Source: Chlamydiales bacterium
Lineage (GTDB): Bacteria > Chlamydiota > Chlamydiia > Chlamydiales > SM23-39
Direction of reading: 5' to 3'
DNA length: 64,000 bases
Assembly (NCBI GenBank): GCA_035480535.1
Contig: DATIHQ010000001.1
Span: forward strand, 2,814 to 66,813
Below, one piece after another: positions 18,372-27,328 of this stretch. The number at the start of each line of letters is the position of its first letter. Positions within the stretch are counted from its first letter, which is position 1. The translations under genes were made by a program, and so were the position numbers. Below the pieces are notes generated by a model. The model ran no database searches. It was given only the letters and a program-made list of their open reading frames with translations, and had not been told where the DNA came from.

Positions 18372-19136
18372 TTATCTCGCGCGCGATACAGAGTCAGTTA
18401 CGTCCATCGCCTTATCGAGGACGCGGCTCTTCTCTTGCTCAGCATTTCCTTGCGTCTGTTTATTGGCCTGTTCTTGCTGCAGTCCATTCAATGACAGGTT
18501 TTCAGTACCTCGTCTGATACCAAGGTCTCCTTGCCATCGATTGGAGAAGAACTGACCCAAAGTAGGTACCTGTTGAGCACCGAGCTGAATTGCATTTCTC
18601 ATTGCTTCGTTATTTGCGAATTTAAGCTGACCCAAGGAAACGACAAATGAAGCCACCGCGAAAATAACTCCAATTGTTCCAATTTTTCTTTGGAAAGAGG
18701 CTTGATCTTGAATTGCCTTTTTAAATTCGGTCTTTAAGTTTTCGATCAGCAGGCGATCTTTTTCCATCAAGCGATCTCGCTGGCGATAAGAATAGGCGAT
18801 GATATCTCTCAACTTAATAATGAAATTTGCCTCTTCGGGAAGAAATTTTCCTTCCTGAATGGCCGCATTGAGCAGTTTTGATTCTTTTTGAAATTGCTCA
18901 TATCCTTCTGGAGAGAGTTCTTCCGCAAAATCAATAATACTTTCTGGAAGTTGGGTGACTCGGCCCGCCTCCAAACTTTCTACATTTGAAAGATCGTATC
19001 TGTTGAGAATGGCCGCGGCTTCTCCTGTTCTTATTGTTTGACTCGCACCCAAAATACCTATTTTATCATCTTCGGAATCGAGACGCTCATACTCAACAGC
19101 TTCTCCTCCTCCAAGACCCCCTACACCAAAAGACAT
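18372..19136 (-). CDS. putative T3SS minor hydrophobic translocator (YopD/CopD-position protein)
   Basis: Third gene after the LcrH-type chaperone. One central hydrophobic segment (IGTIGVIFAVASFVVSLG) and a Gly-rich N-terminus. AGGGGG SD. Confidence 0.45.
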   Translation of the reverse strand: MSFGVGGLGGGEAVEYERLDSEDDKIGILGASQTIRTGEAAAILNRYDLSNVESLEAGRVTQLPESIIDFAEELSPEGYEQFQKESKLLNAAIQEGKFLPEEANFIIKLRDIIAYSYRQRDRLMEKDRLLIENLKTEFKKAIQDQASFQRKIGTIGVIFAVASFVVSLGQLKFANNEAMRNAIQLGAQQVPTLGQFFSNRWQGDLGIRRGTENLSLNGLQQEQANKQTQGNAEQEKSRVLDKAMDVTDSVSRAR

Positions 19137-19144
19137 AATTCCCC

Positions 19145-20023
19145 CTATAAGTTAACTCTAGATCCATCAAGGCCTCTCTGAATGCCATCCGTAGTGGATT
19201 GCGATCCTTCGAGTGACCCTTCTACGCGCTTTGCACCTTCACTTGATCCGTGATAAAGGAGCGTCATAGAACCTTCTTCTTCTTTCATTCTCATCGTTAA
19301 ATTGCCAATCTTTCGCTCGATCGTGGCTTCGCCAATTCGAGCACCGCCTTGTATCACAGTACCTACGAATCCAACACCGGTGGTGATATTTTTAATTTTC
19401 GAAGCAGTAGTTCCTGCAGCTGCGGCGCCGAGGGCTCCCGCTTTATAGGCCCAAATGCCCCCCGCAATGCCAAGACCTGCTGCGATGAAGAAAACACTAG
19501 TATCGAGGATCCGTGCCCATTTAACCTGCAATTCTTCCGATTTAGTAAACCATGAAGCAACGGCTTTCCAGCCGCCGGTGTCGGACATAATGCAGTTAGC
19601 GAGGGCCAAGCCTCCAGAGGCAATCAAAAGGGCCCCCGGAGCAGAACCAACTCCTGTGGCCATGCATGCAATTCCAACGGCAATAGAGACAGCTGCTGTG
19701 ACATATTGCGCTACTTTCCCAAATATGCTCCAAGTCTTGCGCGATTTCACTTCTCTTGCATATTGATCGAGAGCTTCTTTTTTAGCCGCTGCGTGTCGTT
19801 CAATCTCAGGTCCTTCTCTTTTTTCTTCTTCGATATAGTTCCCTAGGATTCGGCCGGTCTGTTTCTCTTCAGCTAACTTGGCTCCGATTAACCCATATCT
19901 TGGATCTCCTAGAAACGTATCCCGCGGGGCCTGTAATTGCGGAGGGGCAAATTGAGGAGGCGCGCTCAGCAATTCCTCTCTTTCTTCCGTCTCAAAAGAA
20001 CCGACTGAACCTATACTGCTCAT
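19145..20023 (-). CDS. putative T3SS major hydrophobic translocator (YopB/CopB-position protein)
   Basis: ATG at 20023 forms an ATGA overlap with the chaperone stop and has the SD GGAAGGTGAGG; the ORF-track start 20038 is a GTG. Two long hydrophobic regions (VTAAVSIAVGIACMATGVG..LLIASGGLALA and VFFIAAGLGIAGGIWAY). Confidence 0.55.
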   Translation of the reverse strand: MSSIGSVGSFETEEREELLSAPPQFAPPQLQAPRDTFLGDPRYGLIGAKLAEEKQTGRILGNYIEEEKREGPEIERHAAAKKEALDQYAREVKSRKTWSIFGKVAQYVTAAVSIAVGIACMATGVGSAPGALLIASGGLALANCIMSDTGGWKAVASWFTKSEELQVKWARILDTSVFFIAAGLGIAGGIWAYKAGALGAAAAGTTASKIKNITTGVGFVGTVIQGGARIGEATIERKIGNLTMRMKEEEGSMTLLYHGSSEGAKRVEGSLEGSQSTTDGIQRGLDGSRVNL

Positions 20024-20442
20024 AGCCTCACCTTCCACTGTTCTCTTAAAAGGGAGATTTTCCCTTTTAAAGGATGGGTTTTTGGAGTCCTGACCTCAGC
20101 CTCTTTCAACGCCATGGCCGCATCTTCAGACCATTGGAGCGAAATGCAACATTCCGCGGCGTGGAAATGGGGATAGGGATCTTCTTTTTGCAGGAGAGCT
20201 GCCATCGCCCAAGCGTGGAGCGCATCGCTATAGCTTTTCGATTCTTGGAGCGTGGCTCCGAGGGCAAACCAAAAGCGGGACTCGAGGGGGCGGCGGGTGC
20301 AAAGGAGGCGGAAGAGATCGGCAGCCTCCGCCCAGTTGCCGCTATTGTAAAGAGCAAACCCATAGCTGTAGAACTTCTCCACTTCCTCTTCGGAGAGGAG
20401 AAGATCTTTACGCGGGTTTTTCAGCAGCTCTTCCAATGACAT
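20020..20442 (-). CDS. lcrH: type III secretion class II (translocator) chaperone, TPR, SycD/LcrH family
   Basis: YSYGFALYNSGNWAEAADLFRLLC...RFWFALGATLQ...YPHFHAAEC aligns by eye with the LcrH/SycD signature (..FHAAEC..). Confidence 0.85.
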   Translation of the reverse strand: MSLEELLKNPRKDLLLSEEEVEKFYSYGFALYNSGNWAEAADLFRLLCTRRPLESRFWFALGATLQESKSYSDALHAWAMAALLQKEDPYPHFHAAECCISLQWSEDAAMALKEAEVRTPKTHPLKGKISLLREQWKVRL

Positions 20443-20444
20443 GT

Positions 20445-21272
20445 TTATTTGCCCATGTTTCTCAAGATGGCTTGAATCTCATCTTTTTGCGTATCGACCA
20501 CCTTCTTCATCGTTTGGTCGATCGATTGTTGTAAATTGAGTTCCACCAAAGCACTTGTGGAGATCAGCCTCTGTACTTCCTTTTCAAACTGGCTAATACG
20601 GGTTCCAATGAGAGATTTTAATCCTCCCATCGCCTCTTTCTTCACGATATCTTTCTCCCAAACGGTGATGCCTAATGCACTCAATTGGATTCGGATCGCC
20701 TTGGCCTTATCGGAGAGGTGATAATCTTTATCGGAAGGAGCAGTGATTAATTCTGTATTGAAATCGAGGAGACGGTCGATCTTTTCCTGGGCTTTTCGAA
20801 TATTTTCCAGGGTGAGATCCATTTTCTTCTGGGTGCTCTCATATCTTCTTTGGCCTGCCTTTAAGATTTCCAAAGCGGGAAAAGGATCACTTGAAACTTT
20901 CTGATCTTCAGGAGCTAATCGAGCGGGTCCTTCCCCTTCGCTTCCTGGGGCGAACAGAGAGAAGTCATCATTTCGTTTGGAGCCAACTACGGGCTGAGCT
21001 ACCGCATCGACTTTATTGGCTTCAGGACTAACAAAATCGGCGGAGATCTCATTTCTCTTTCCCAAACCAGAGCTTTTTACAGCATAAGGAGAAGAGTTAT
21101 CCCATTTGGGCGCGCGCTCGGTACCCTCGATGATGCCAGGAGAAATCTCTTCGATTTTCTGTGTATCTTGATTTGCCTGCCCAATCCCGATTTTGGTATC
21201 TGCGGGACTCGACGACATTGGAGCATATATGAGGTTTCCCTCTATATCTTTACCGACAACTTCAGTATCCAT
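20445..21272 (-). CDS. hypothetical protein, 275 aa, disordered N-half and coiled-coil C-half, first gene of the chaperone/translocator operon
   Basis: AAGGAGG SD. Its stop lies 2 nt before the chaperone ATG. I recognised no family. Confidence 0.55.
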   Translation of the reverse strand: MDTEVVGKDIEGNLIYAPMSSSPADTKIGIGQANQDTQKIEEISPGIIEGTERAPKWDNSSPYAVKSSGLGKRNEISADFVSPEANKVDAVAQPVVGSKRNDDFSLFAPGSEGEGPARLAPEDQKVSSDPFPALEILKAGQRRYESTQKKMDLTLENIRKAQEKIDRLLDFNTELITAPSDKDYHLSDKAKAIRIQLSALGITVWEKDIVKKEAMGGLKSLIGTRISQFEKEVQRLISTSALVELNLQQSIDQTMKKVVDTQKDEIQAILRNMGK

Positions 21273-21447
21273 AACTTCCTCCTTTCACTCATGCCGCTCG
21301 TGTGGGCGCATCTCTACTATAGAATTCCCAGAATAATGGCGCCAGACGAGCAATTATTTTAATCTTAGCCCTTATAAGAACAGGACTTAAGAGGGAAGGA
21401 TGCTAAGGAATCAAAGAATTTACATCAAGAAATCTTCCATTTGATAT

Positions 21448-21608
21448 ATACACAAATTGCTTCAAAAATCGGTTTTGTGCTGCGTCGGCTTTGCCTCATA
21501 TTTCTTGTCCTCGCTTCGGACCGTGCTTCTAGCACGGCCTCTCGCTCCGGCCAAGAAATCTGAGGAGCCTCCTTGCCCAATTCCCGATTTTTGAATCAAC
21601 TTGTGTAT
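21448..21608. repeat. R3-related palindromic element (TIR ATACACAAnTTGnTTCAAAAATCGG)
   Basis: ATACACAAATTGCTTCAAAAATCGG (21448-) versus CCCGATTTTTGAATCAACTTGTGTAT (-21608), centre GTGCTTCTAGCAC. It shares TGATTCAAAAATCG with the R3 termini. Confidence 0.75.
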
Positions 21609-22719
21609 GGTTCAAAAAATGAATGAATTGCGCGATCTTCTCCCTGGAATTAAGGATTGGAACTACTTTAACTACGCTGCTGCAGGCCCGCTGTTAAAGC
21701 CTTCTTCCGATTTACTCAAAGAAAGAGCAGAGCAAAATCTTTCTCCGCCGTCCCTTTATCGTGAAAGTTGGCTCAGACAAATCGAAGAAACAAGGGCAAC
21801 TTGCGCTGAATTCATCGGAGCTGCGCCAGAGGAGATTGCCTTTGTCACCAACACGGGCGCGGGGCTGAATCTCGTCGCCAATGCGATTCACTGGAAGGCA
21901 GGGGATCGGATCCTTTTTCCAGAAGATGAATTTCCTACAAATCGCATCGTTTGGGAGAATTTAGCCGTCAAAGGCGTGTCTCCCGAAGCGATTCCGGTTG
22001 ATTCCAAACGCTCTTTTGCCGATCAGCTGGCCGCCATGGATCTAACAAGAGTGCGCCTGATTGCTGTATCTGCCATTTCTTATTGCGATGGAAGGGCGCA
22101 TGAGCTGGGAAAGATCTCCCAACTCTGCAAGAAGATCAACGCCTACTTTTCCATCGATGCGATTCAAGCTTTGGGGACGATGGAGTTTGATCTGCGCAAG
22201 ACTCCGTGTGATTTTCTCTCGACAGCCAGCCGCAAATGGCTCTTTGGCCCTCTCGGCGCTGGGTTTCTCTACATTAAGCGATCGCGCCTTCCCGAGCTTT
22301 TCGTTTCCAATGCTGGCTGGATGAGCGTGAAAAATGAGGCCAAAGCCCAGTGGGAATTTATCGATGGCGCCAAGCGCTTTGAATCGGGGCTTCTCTATCC
22401 CCCTGCGATCCATGCGATGGGGAAATCGATCCAGACTCTAAAAGCCTTTGGTTGGCCGCGGATCTTTCAAAGGATTGAGAAACTCCACAGCCATTTAAAA
22501 CATGAATTACAGGCAATGGGCCACACGCCCTATCGCCCCGATGCCAAACATGGCATTCTCGTCCTAAAAATGGATGACAAGGCAGGCCCCTTTGCCACAA
22601 AATGCGCCGAGCACAAACTCCTCCTCACCGAGAGGAAAGGCCTCGTCCGGATCTCGTTGCACGCGACGACTCTAGACAAAGAAATCGAGCTTCTTCTCCA
22701 GCTCCTCAAGAAAAATTAG
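21607..22719 (+). CDS. class V aminotransferase (cysteine desulfurase / selenocysteine lyase-like)
   Basis: YFNYAAAGP, FSIDAIQALG and SRKWLFGPLGAGFLY (PLP-Lys region). The start is ATG 21607 or 21619; the track start 21601 is a TTG. Confidence 0.8.
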   Translation: MVQKMNELRDLLPGIKDWNYFNYAAAGPLLKPSSDLLKERAEQNLSPPSLYRESWLRQIEETRATCAEFIGAAPEEIAFVTNTGAGLNLVANAIHWKAGDRILFPEDEFPTNRIVWENLAVKGVSPEAIPVDSKRSFADQLAAMDLTRVRLIAVSAISYCDGRAHELGKISQLCKKINAYFSIDAIQALGTMEFDLRKTPCDFLSTASRKWLFGPLGAGFLYIKRSRLPELFVSNAGWMSVKNEAKAQWEFIDGAKRFESGLLYPPAIHAMGKSIQTLKAFGWPRIFQRIEKLHSHLKHELQAMGHTPYRPDAKHGILVLKMDDKAGPFATKCAEHKLLLTERKGLVRISLHATTLDKEIELLLQLLKKN

Positions 22720-23552
22720 GAACTGGGCTTAGGGGTTATGTCGCGAACCATCGTCATGCCGACGGAGGCATGTCCATCATCGATTCCATAAGGGCCGATA
22801 TAGAAACCGTTGTCATCTTTGCCTGCCACTTCATGGACCCTGCCTGCGCTTTCAACATATTCAGAAGTCCATGTTAAGGGACGCGGTATGTCCCAAGTCT
22901 CAGGATGTTGCCATGGATCTTTCTCTGCTGAATAAAGTTCTTTCTCATTATCTGGATAGAGAACTTCCCCTTTGGAAACATATTGTGTCATCGCATGAAT
23001 CACCACTTCTGAGCCAGTAGGAAGCCTGTATTTTGGGTGAGAGGCAAAGAAATCGGTGGCTCGCCCGTTATACAGATTATCTATCGACACACTTCCAGGC
23101 ACTGTTCCTTTTGTGATTAAAAGAACGCGTGAAGGGCCTATCGGAGAAGCTCCCATTGTAGTCGCAACTCCTGCAATCGTGATACAAGGGAAAAGAGGAT
23201 TCCCTTTTGTGGGGTTCTGAGCGAGATATCCCATTTTCTTATGAGTAAAAATTTCTCCATTTAGTGTTTCTGGAATAAAGAGGACATCATGCGTCTCTTT
23301 TGTCTTTTTTCCTGGATAGAATTCACAGTCGCTTTCAAGCATCGCTTGCAAATCTGTTTCATTGGGAAGGGGAGGTTCTTGCCCCGGCTTTGCACCATAA
23401 TGGTCTTCCCACACTTTGAATCTCACCGTTGCGTAATCTGCGACAATTTTAGAGAAATCTTCGAGGAGAAACGGCTTGACTTCTAACACGATCGGCTCGG
23501 GATGATAATAATCACAAACATCAGGCGGTTTTTGGGAAGGAATTGCAGTCAT
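22716..23552 (-). CDS. hypothetical protein, 278 aa
   Basis: Clean ORF. Its 3' end overlaps the convergent aminotransferase gene by 4 nt. I recognised no family. Confidence 0.55.
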   Translation of the reverse strand: MTAIPSQKPPDVCDYYHPEPIVLEVKPFLLEDFSKIVADYATVRFKVWEDHYGAKPGQEPPLPNETDLQAMLESDCEFYPGKKTKETHDVLFIPETLNGEIFTHKKMGYLAQNPTKGNPLFPCITIAGVATTMGASPIGPSRVLLITKGTVPGSVSIDNLYNGRATDFFASHPKYRLPTGSEVVIHAMTQYVSKGEVLYPDNEKELYSAEKDPWQHPETWDIPRPLTWTSEYVESAGRVHEVAGKDDNGFYIGPYGIDDGHASVGMTMVRDITPKPSS

Positions 23553-23682
23553 ATTTCACGCTCTTTAATTTAGAAAGGCGGGAATCATATCGAAATCATT
23601 GGATTGCTTCAATACAGAGAATTTTTTGCATCTACTCTTTAAAGATTCAAAGATTTATAATGAGCACCCTCTTGAGGTGAAT

Positions 23683-23970
23683 ATGAACCAAGAACTGAAG
23701 ATTTTTGCGATAAAGTTTCTCGGGATGCTCCTCGCTGCCCCCATTGTTGGATGGGGCATAATGATCTGCGCTGAGAAGTGTGAGAAATCCTGGAAAACAA
23801 ATAATCGGAGAAAAAAATGGTTGGCTTCATGTGGGTTATTCTTATTACTGGCCACCGTGGAGTTTGGGGGCCGCGGGGGGCGAAGCCGCCCGACGGTTTG
23901 TTGGGGGTGCGGGGGCGCCAGCCCCGACACTTTCAGATCTCATAATTCAGATTTCAGATTTAGTAATTGA
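23683..23970 (+). CDS. possible small membrane protein (95 aa) whose C-terminal third is R1-repeat encoded
   Basis: GAGGTGA SD 3 nt before ATG 23683. Hydrophobic segment FAIKFLGMLLAAPIVGWGIMI. From about codon 62 the sequence is the R1 repeat. Confidence 0.35.
   Translation: MNQELKIFAIKFLGMLLAAPIVGWGIMICAEKCEKSWKTNNRRKKWLASCGLFLLLATVEFGGRGGRSRPTVCWGCGGASPDTFRSHNSDFRFSN
23866..23961 (+). repeat. R1 dispersed repeat, full two-hairpin unit
   Basis: GGGGGCCGCGGGGGGCGAAGCCGCCCGACGGTTTGTTGGGGGTGCGGGGGCGCCAGCCCCGACACTTTCAGATCTCATAATTCAGATTTCAGATTT. It abuts the tamB stop. Confidence 0.85.
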
Positions 23971-26900
23971 GCGTCCACTTAAAGGTAAACTTGCCTTGCT
24001 CTTCTTGCTGGAGCGATTCGGCTTGGAAGACAAAGTTGTCTTTGATCTCCACTTGGACGCTGGCGTTGATGTTGCTGTCTTCGGCGCCTTGGGAGAAGTT
24101 GACGATGACTCCTTCGGCGGCGTATTTGCCGGTTTGAATGGAAACGGTTTCGTTTCCGTCGATGCCGGGAGGGCCGATGATGCGGAGGCGGTCGAGGCCG
24201 AGGGCGCGGCGGGTGCTTTCCATAATGTCAGGGCCTTCGCCGACGAGCGAGGTGAGGGAGGTGGCGAGTTGGAGCGCTTGATAGCCGGTGAGTTCTGAAA
24301 GGTCTTGCCCAAAGAGGAGGTAGGACATAATGGTGCTGAGGGGGAGGGGGGGCGTGGATTGGAGCGAGACTTGGGGCGCGTTGAGGGGGCCTTTGAGGCG
24401 CGCGGTGATGAGAATTCCCTTTTGAGTGGTAGCGCCGGCAAGATTGAGATAGGGCATTTCATGCTCCTTGCCAGTGAGGGAGAGGGTGCCCTCTGTAAGC
24501 GTGAAGGTGCGGGAGGAAAAGTTAAATTCACCGGCGATGAGTTCGAGATTGCCTTGGGCGGCGATCTCAGTGAAGGTGCCGCCGACATGAAAGTCTCCTT
24601 TCCACTCCGAATCGAGGCCGCGGCCCGAGATGAAAATGTGATCGGGAGCGGTGAGGTGAAGGTCGAGGTTGAAGGGATAGGGATGGAAATCGTCGGATTC
24701 GGGGGGGACGATGGGGCGAGAGGGGTTGCGATAGATGACTTGGAGGTTGGGGAGAGGACGAGGAATGTGGTCGGGAATGGTGAGGCGGCTCTCTGCAACG
24801 TTGACATTTCCTGTGGCGAGGGCGGCATCGCTGTTTCCTTGGATGTTGATTTTTCCATTGGCAATGGCTGTGACGAGATCGATGTCGACGAAATTGAGGT
24901 TGCGGAACGAGAGGTCGAAGCGGAAGGGGAAAAACTCTCTGGGGATGAGGTGGATTTCTCCGACGGCTGTGAGAATGCCGCCGCCTGTCATATCTTCAGC
25001 GGTTAAGCTGCGGAGATAAAGGGTTTGTTTTTCAGCGAGCCAATCGGCGCGGATGTTTTTGAGCTCTGTTCCCGTATAATAGTTTTGGTAGATTCCATTT
25101 TCAAACTGGCAGCGCCCTTCGAGAAGGGGGCGATAGAGCGTGTTGGAGAATTTTAGATCGCAAATGCAGATGCCCTCCAAGCGGTGAGTGCCGAGATCGA
25201 AGAAATCGAGGAAGTCTTGGATGGGGCCATTGAGGAGGATCTGTCCTTTGGCGTTTTTTTCGGGGAGAACGGCGGCTTCAAAAGGCCAAATGGAGAGGTG
25301 GATGGGGATGGAAGCATCTAAATTGAGAAGAGGCGCATTGCGCGCGATGAGATTTGCCTTAAAATTCAGGCGGTCTCGATCGAAATGCCCCTCTAATTTT
25401 CCCGAAGCATTGAGCTTGCCCGTCTCATTGATCGATTCCACTTCCATCTGCTCGATGGAGGCGATGAGATCTCCATTGAGTTGTTCCTTTTCTTCCACAA
25501 GGGTTGTTTCTAGATTGATCCGCCCTGCAATGGAGACTTCGAGGGGATTGACGGAGAGAATATCGAGGGGAAGTTGATTGAGTTTTAGATGGGCATCGGT
25601 GTGGTCTCCCTTTCGATTGACCATGGCAAAAAGAGAGGCTTTTTCAAACCCAATTTCAAGATCGGTGAGGCGGAAAATGTCTGGAGAGAATTCAAAACTC
25701 ACGGGGGATTTTAAAGCGAAGGGGTGTTTGTAATAGTAGCCATTCCAATCTTGAATCACGGCGAGAAAATCAGGCTCCTGATAGTGCCAATAGCCATTCA
25801 TATGCACCTCGAGCGGGTGCTTCCAAGTCCCTTCGCCAAAGAAACGGAAAGGCCAATTTTCCCCTTCATTCGACGTTTCTAAACTCGCCGATTCGAGCTC
25901 TAGTGTTTTCCACTTAAATCGCTCAAAATCGAGATAGAGGTTTCCTTGCAATTCATGGAAGGGGTTAATGAGATCGGAATAGAGAGAAACTTTTTGGCTA
26001 TAGATTTGCCCATAATAGAAATCGGTGAAAATCCCATCGAAACGGAGACCTTGTTTCTCTTCCAGAGGCATCCATTCGAGTTTGGCCTTGAGAGTGCCAT
26101 AAAAATCGGGGTAGGGGAGATGGAGCGCTTGCAGATTCTCGGCAGCGATTTCTTGAGTTCCAATGAGCATTCCATCGGGGCTTATTTCTAAGTTGCCTTT
26201 TCCTTCTGCGTAGGGGCCTTTGACTTCAAGCGTGGGGAGATAAAGAGGAGCGCCATCGGCCCAGGAGAAGTTGCTTTTTGCTTGCCATTCCTCTCCATAG
26301 ATTTTGGCAAAAGCTTCGCCAGTTCCCTCAAGTGCGCTATTTTTCCAAAGAGCATCGATATTTCCGCGGAGTGAATGGGAGGGGATTTGGATTGTGCCGG
26401 TGGCTCTCAACGCATTTTCTTCTGGGACGACGTGAAGGTAGGCAAACATGCGCCCGGGAAAAAAGGCGGGGAGAAGATGATCCGATTCAATTTGCCCTGT
26501 CGCTTCTTGCAAATGGAAAGTGGGATCAAAGGTCGCTTTGGCTTTTGCATTGAGGAGATCGCTTCGCGCCGATAGATTGGAAATGAGGAATTGTCCTTGG
26601 TTGTTTCTTTGGAAGCGCCCCGCAAAAGTCCATTCTCTTTCCAGCTGGAAAGGGACAGAGCGGGGGGTGATCGTTCCCTGGATTTTTCCTTGCAGGATTG
26701 TTCCTTTGCCTGTGCCGGTAAAATGGGTTTTAAGAGAAGCGTCAAATGGGGCTGTAATATCAAGAGATTTAAGGGTAGTGAGATTGAGATCGCCGCGCCA
26801 CTGCAGGGTTCCATCTTTTTGGATCAAGAGGACGAGGTGGCTCGTATCATTGGGAAACTCAGGCCGCGAGGCGCGCACATCGAGAAAACGAGTTCGTTTG

Positions 26901-27328
26901 CCTAATTTTAGGCGCCCCTCGAAATTTGCAGTGAAATAGTTGGGAATGGCGACATTTAAGAGACGAAAGTACTCTACATAGAGGTTGAGATCTTGCTTTA
27001 AGTCCGGTTTCCCTTTCCAAGTAATCCCATCGGCATAGAGATGAAGGAAAGCGACCTCCCGTTTCAATAGGCGGAAAAGCGAGAGTTCCAGATCGATGGT
27101 TTGGACAGTGATTTCAAGATCCTCTTTTTTGATGAAGACATTTTGTAAAACCAGACGATTGGGCAAAGTTCCATCGATATGGCCTACATCGACTTGAAAG
27201 CCGCTTCTTTGCAAGGCATCGCTCAAAAGCGTTTTTGCTTTTTCTCTTCCCCATTCGCTGCGGAGTACCGCGACCAGGCCGCCGAAGAGAGAGAGGATGA
27301 GGAGGATGGCAATGGCTAATTTTCTCAT
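23960..27328 (-). CDS. tamB: translocation and assembly module protein TamB (DUF490 C-terminus)
   Basis: 1122 aa with an N-terminal anchor MRKLAIAILLILSLFGGL. It is beta-rich throughout, sits directly downstream of the Omp85-type gene (TGATG junction), and has the C-terminal pattern GKYAAEGVIVNFSQG. Confidence 0.8.
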   Translation of the reverse strand: MRKLAIAILLILSLFGGLVAVLRSEWGREKAKTLLSDALQRSGFQVDVGHIDGTLPNRLVLQNVFIKKEDLEITVQTIDLELSLFRLLKREVAFLHLYADGITWKGKPDLKQDLNLYVEYFRLLNVAIPNYFTANFEGRLKLGKRTRFLDVRASRPEFPNDTSHLVLLIQKDGTLQWRGDLNLTTLKSLDITAPFDASLKTHFTGTGKGTILQGKIQGTITPRSVPFQLEREWTFAGRFQRNNQGQFLISNLSARSDLLNAKAKATFDPTFHLQEATGQIESDHLLPAFFPGRMFAYLHVVPEENALRATGTIQIPSHSLRGNIDALWKNSALEGTGEAFAKIYGEEWQAKSNFSWADGAPLYLPTLEVKGPYAEGKGNLEISPDGMLIGTQEIAAENLQALHLPYPDFYGTLKAKLEWMPLEEKQGLRFDGIFTDFYYGQIYSQKVSLYSDLINPFHELQGNLYLDFERFKWKTLELESASLETSNEGENWPFRFFGEGTWKHPLEVHMNGYWHYQEPDFLAVIQDWNGYYYKHPFALKSPVSFEFSPDIFRLTDLEIGFEKASLFAMVNRKGDHTDAHLKLNQLPLDILSVNPLEVSIAGRINLETTLVEEKEQLNGDLIASIEQMEVESINETGKLNASGKLEGHFDRDRLNFKANLIARNAPLLNLDASIPIHLSIWPFEAAVLPEKNAKGQILLNGPIQDFLDFFDLGTHRLEGICICDLKFSNTLYRPLLEGRCQFENGIYQNYYTGTELKNIRADWLAEKQTLYLRSLTAEDMTGGGILTAVGEIHLIPREFFPFRFDLSFRNLNFVDIDLVTAIANGKINIQGNSDAALATGNVNVAESRLTIPDHIPRPLPNLQVIYRNPSRPIVPPESDDFHPYPFNLDLHLTAPDHIFISGRGLDSEWKGDFHVGGTFTEIAAQGNLELIAGEFNFSSRTFTLTEGTLSLTGKEHEMPYLNLAGATTQKGILITARLKGPLNAPQVSLQSTPPLPLSTIMSYLLFGQDLSELTGYQALQLATSLTSLVGEGPDIMESTRRALGLDRLRIIGPPGIDGNETVSIQTGKYAAEGVIVNFSQGAEDSNINASVQVEIKDNFVFQAESLQQEEQGKFTFKWTLNY

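Noticed and set aside
23947-25019. Large ORFs overlapping tamB: 23947..24864(-), out of frame on the same strand, and 24305..25006(+) and 24735..25019(+), antisense
   Set aside because: They are embedded in a 1122-aa gene with coherent TamB features. Their translations are low-complexity (S/P/A- or G/E-rich), as is typical of shadow frames.
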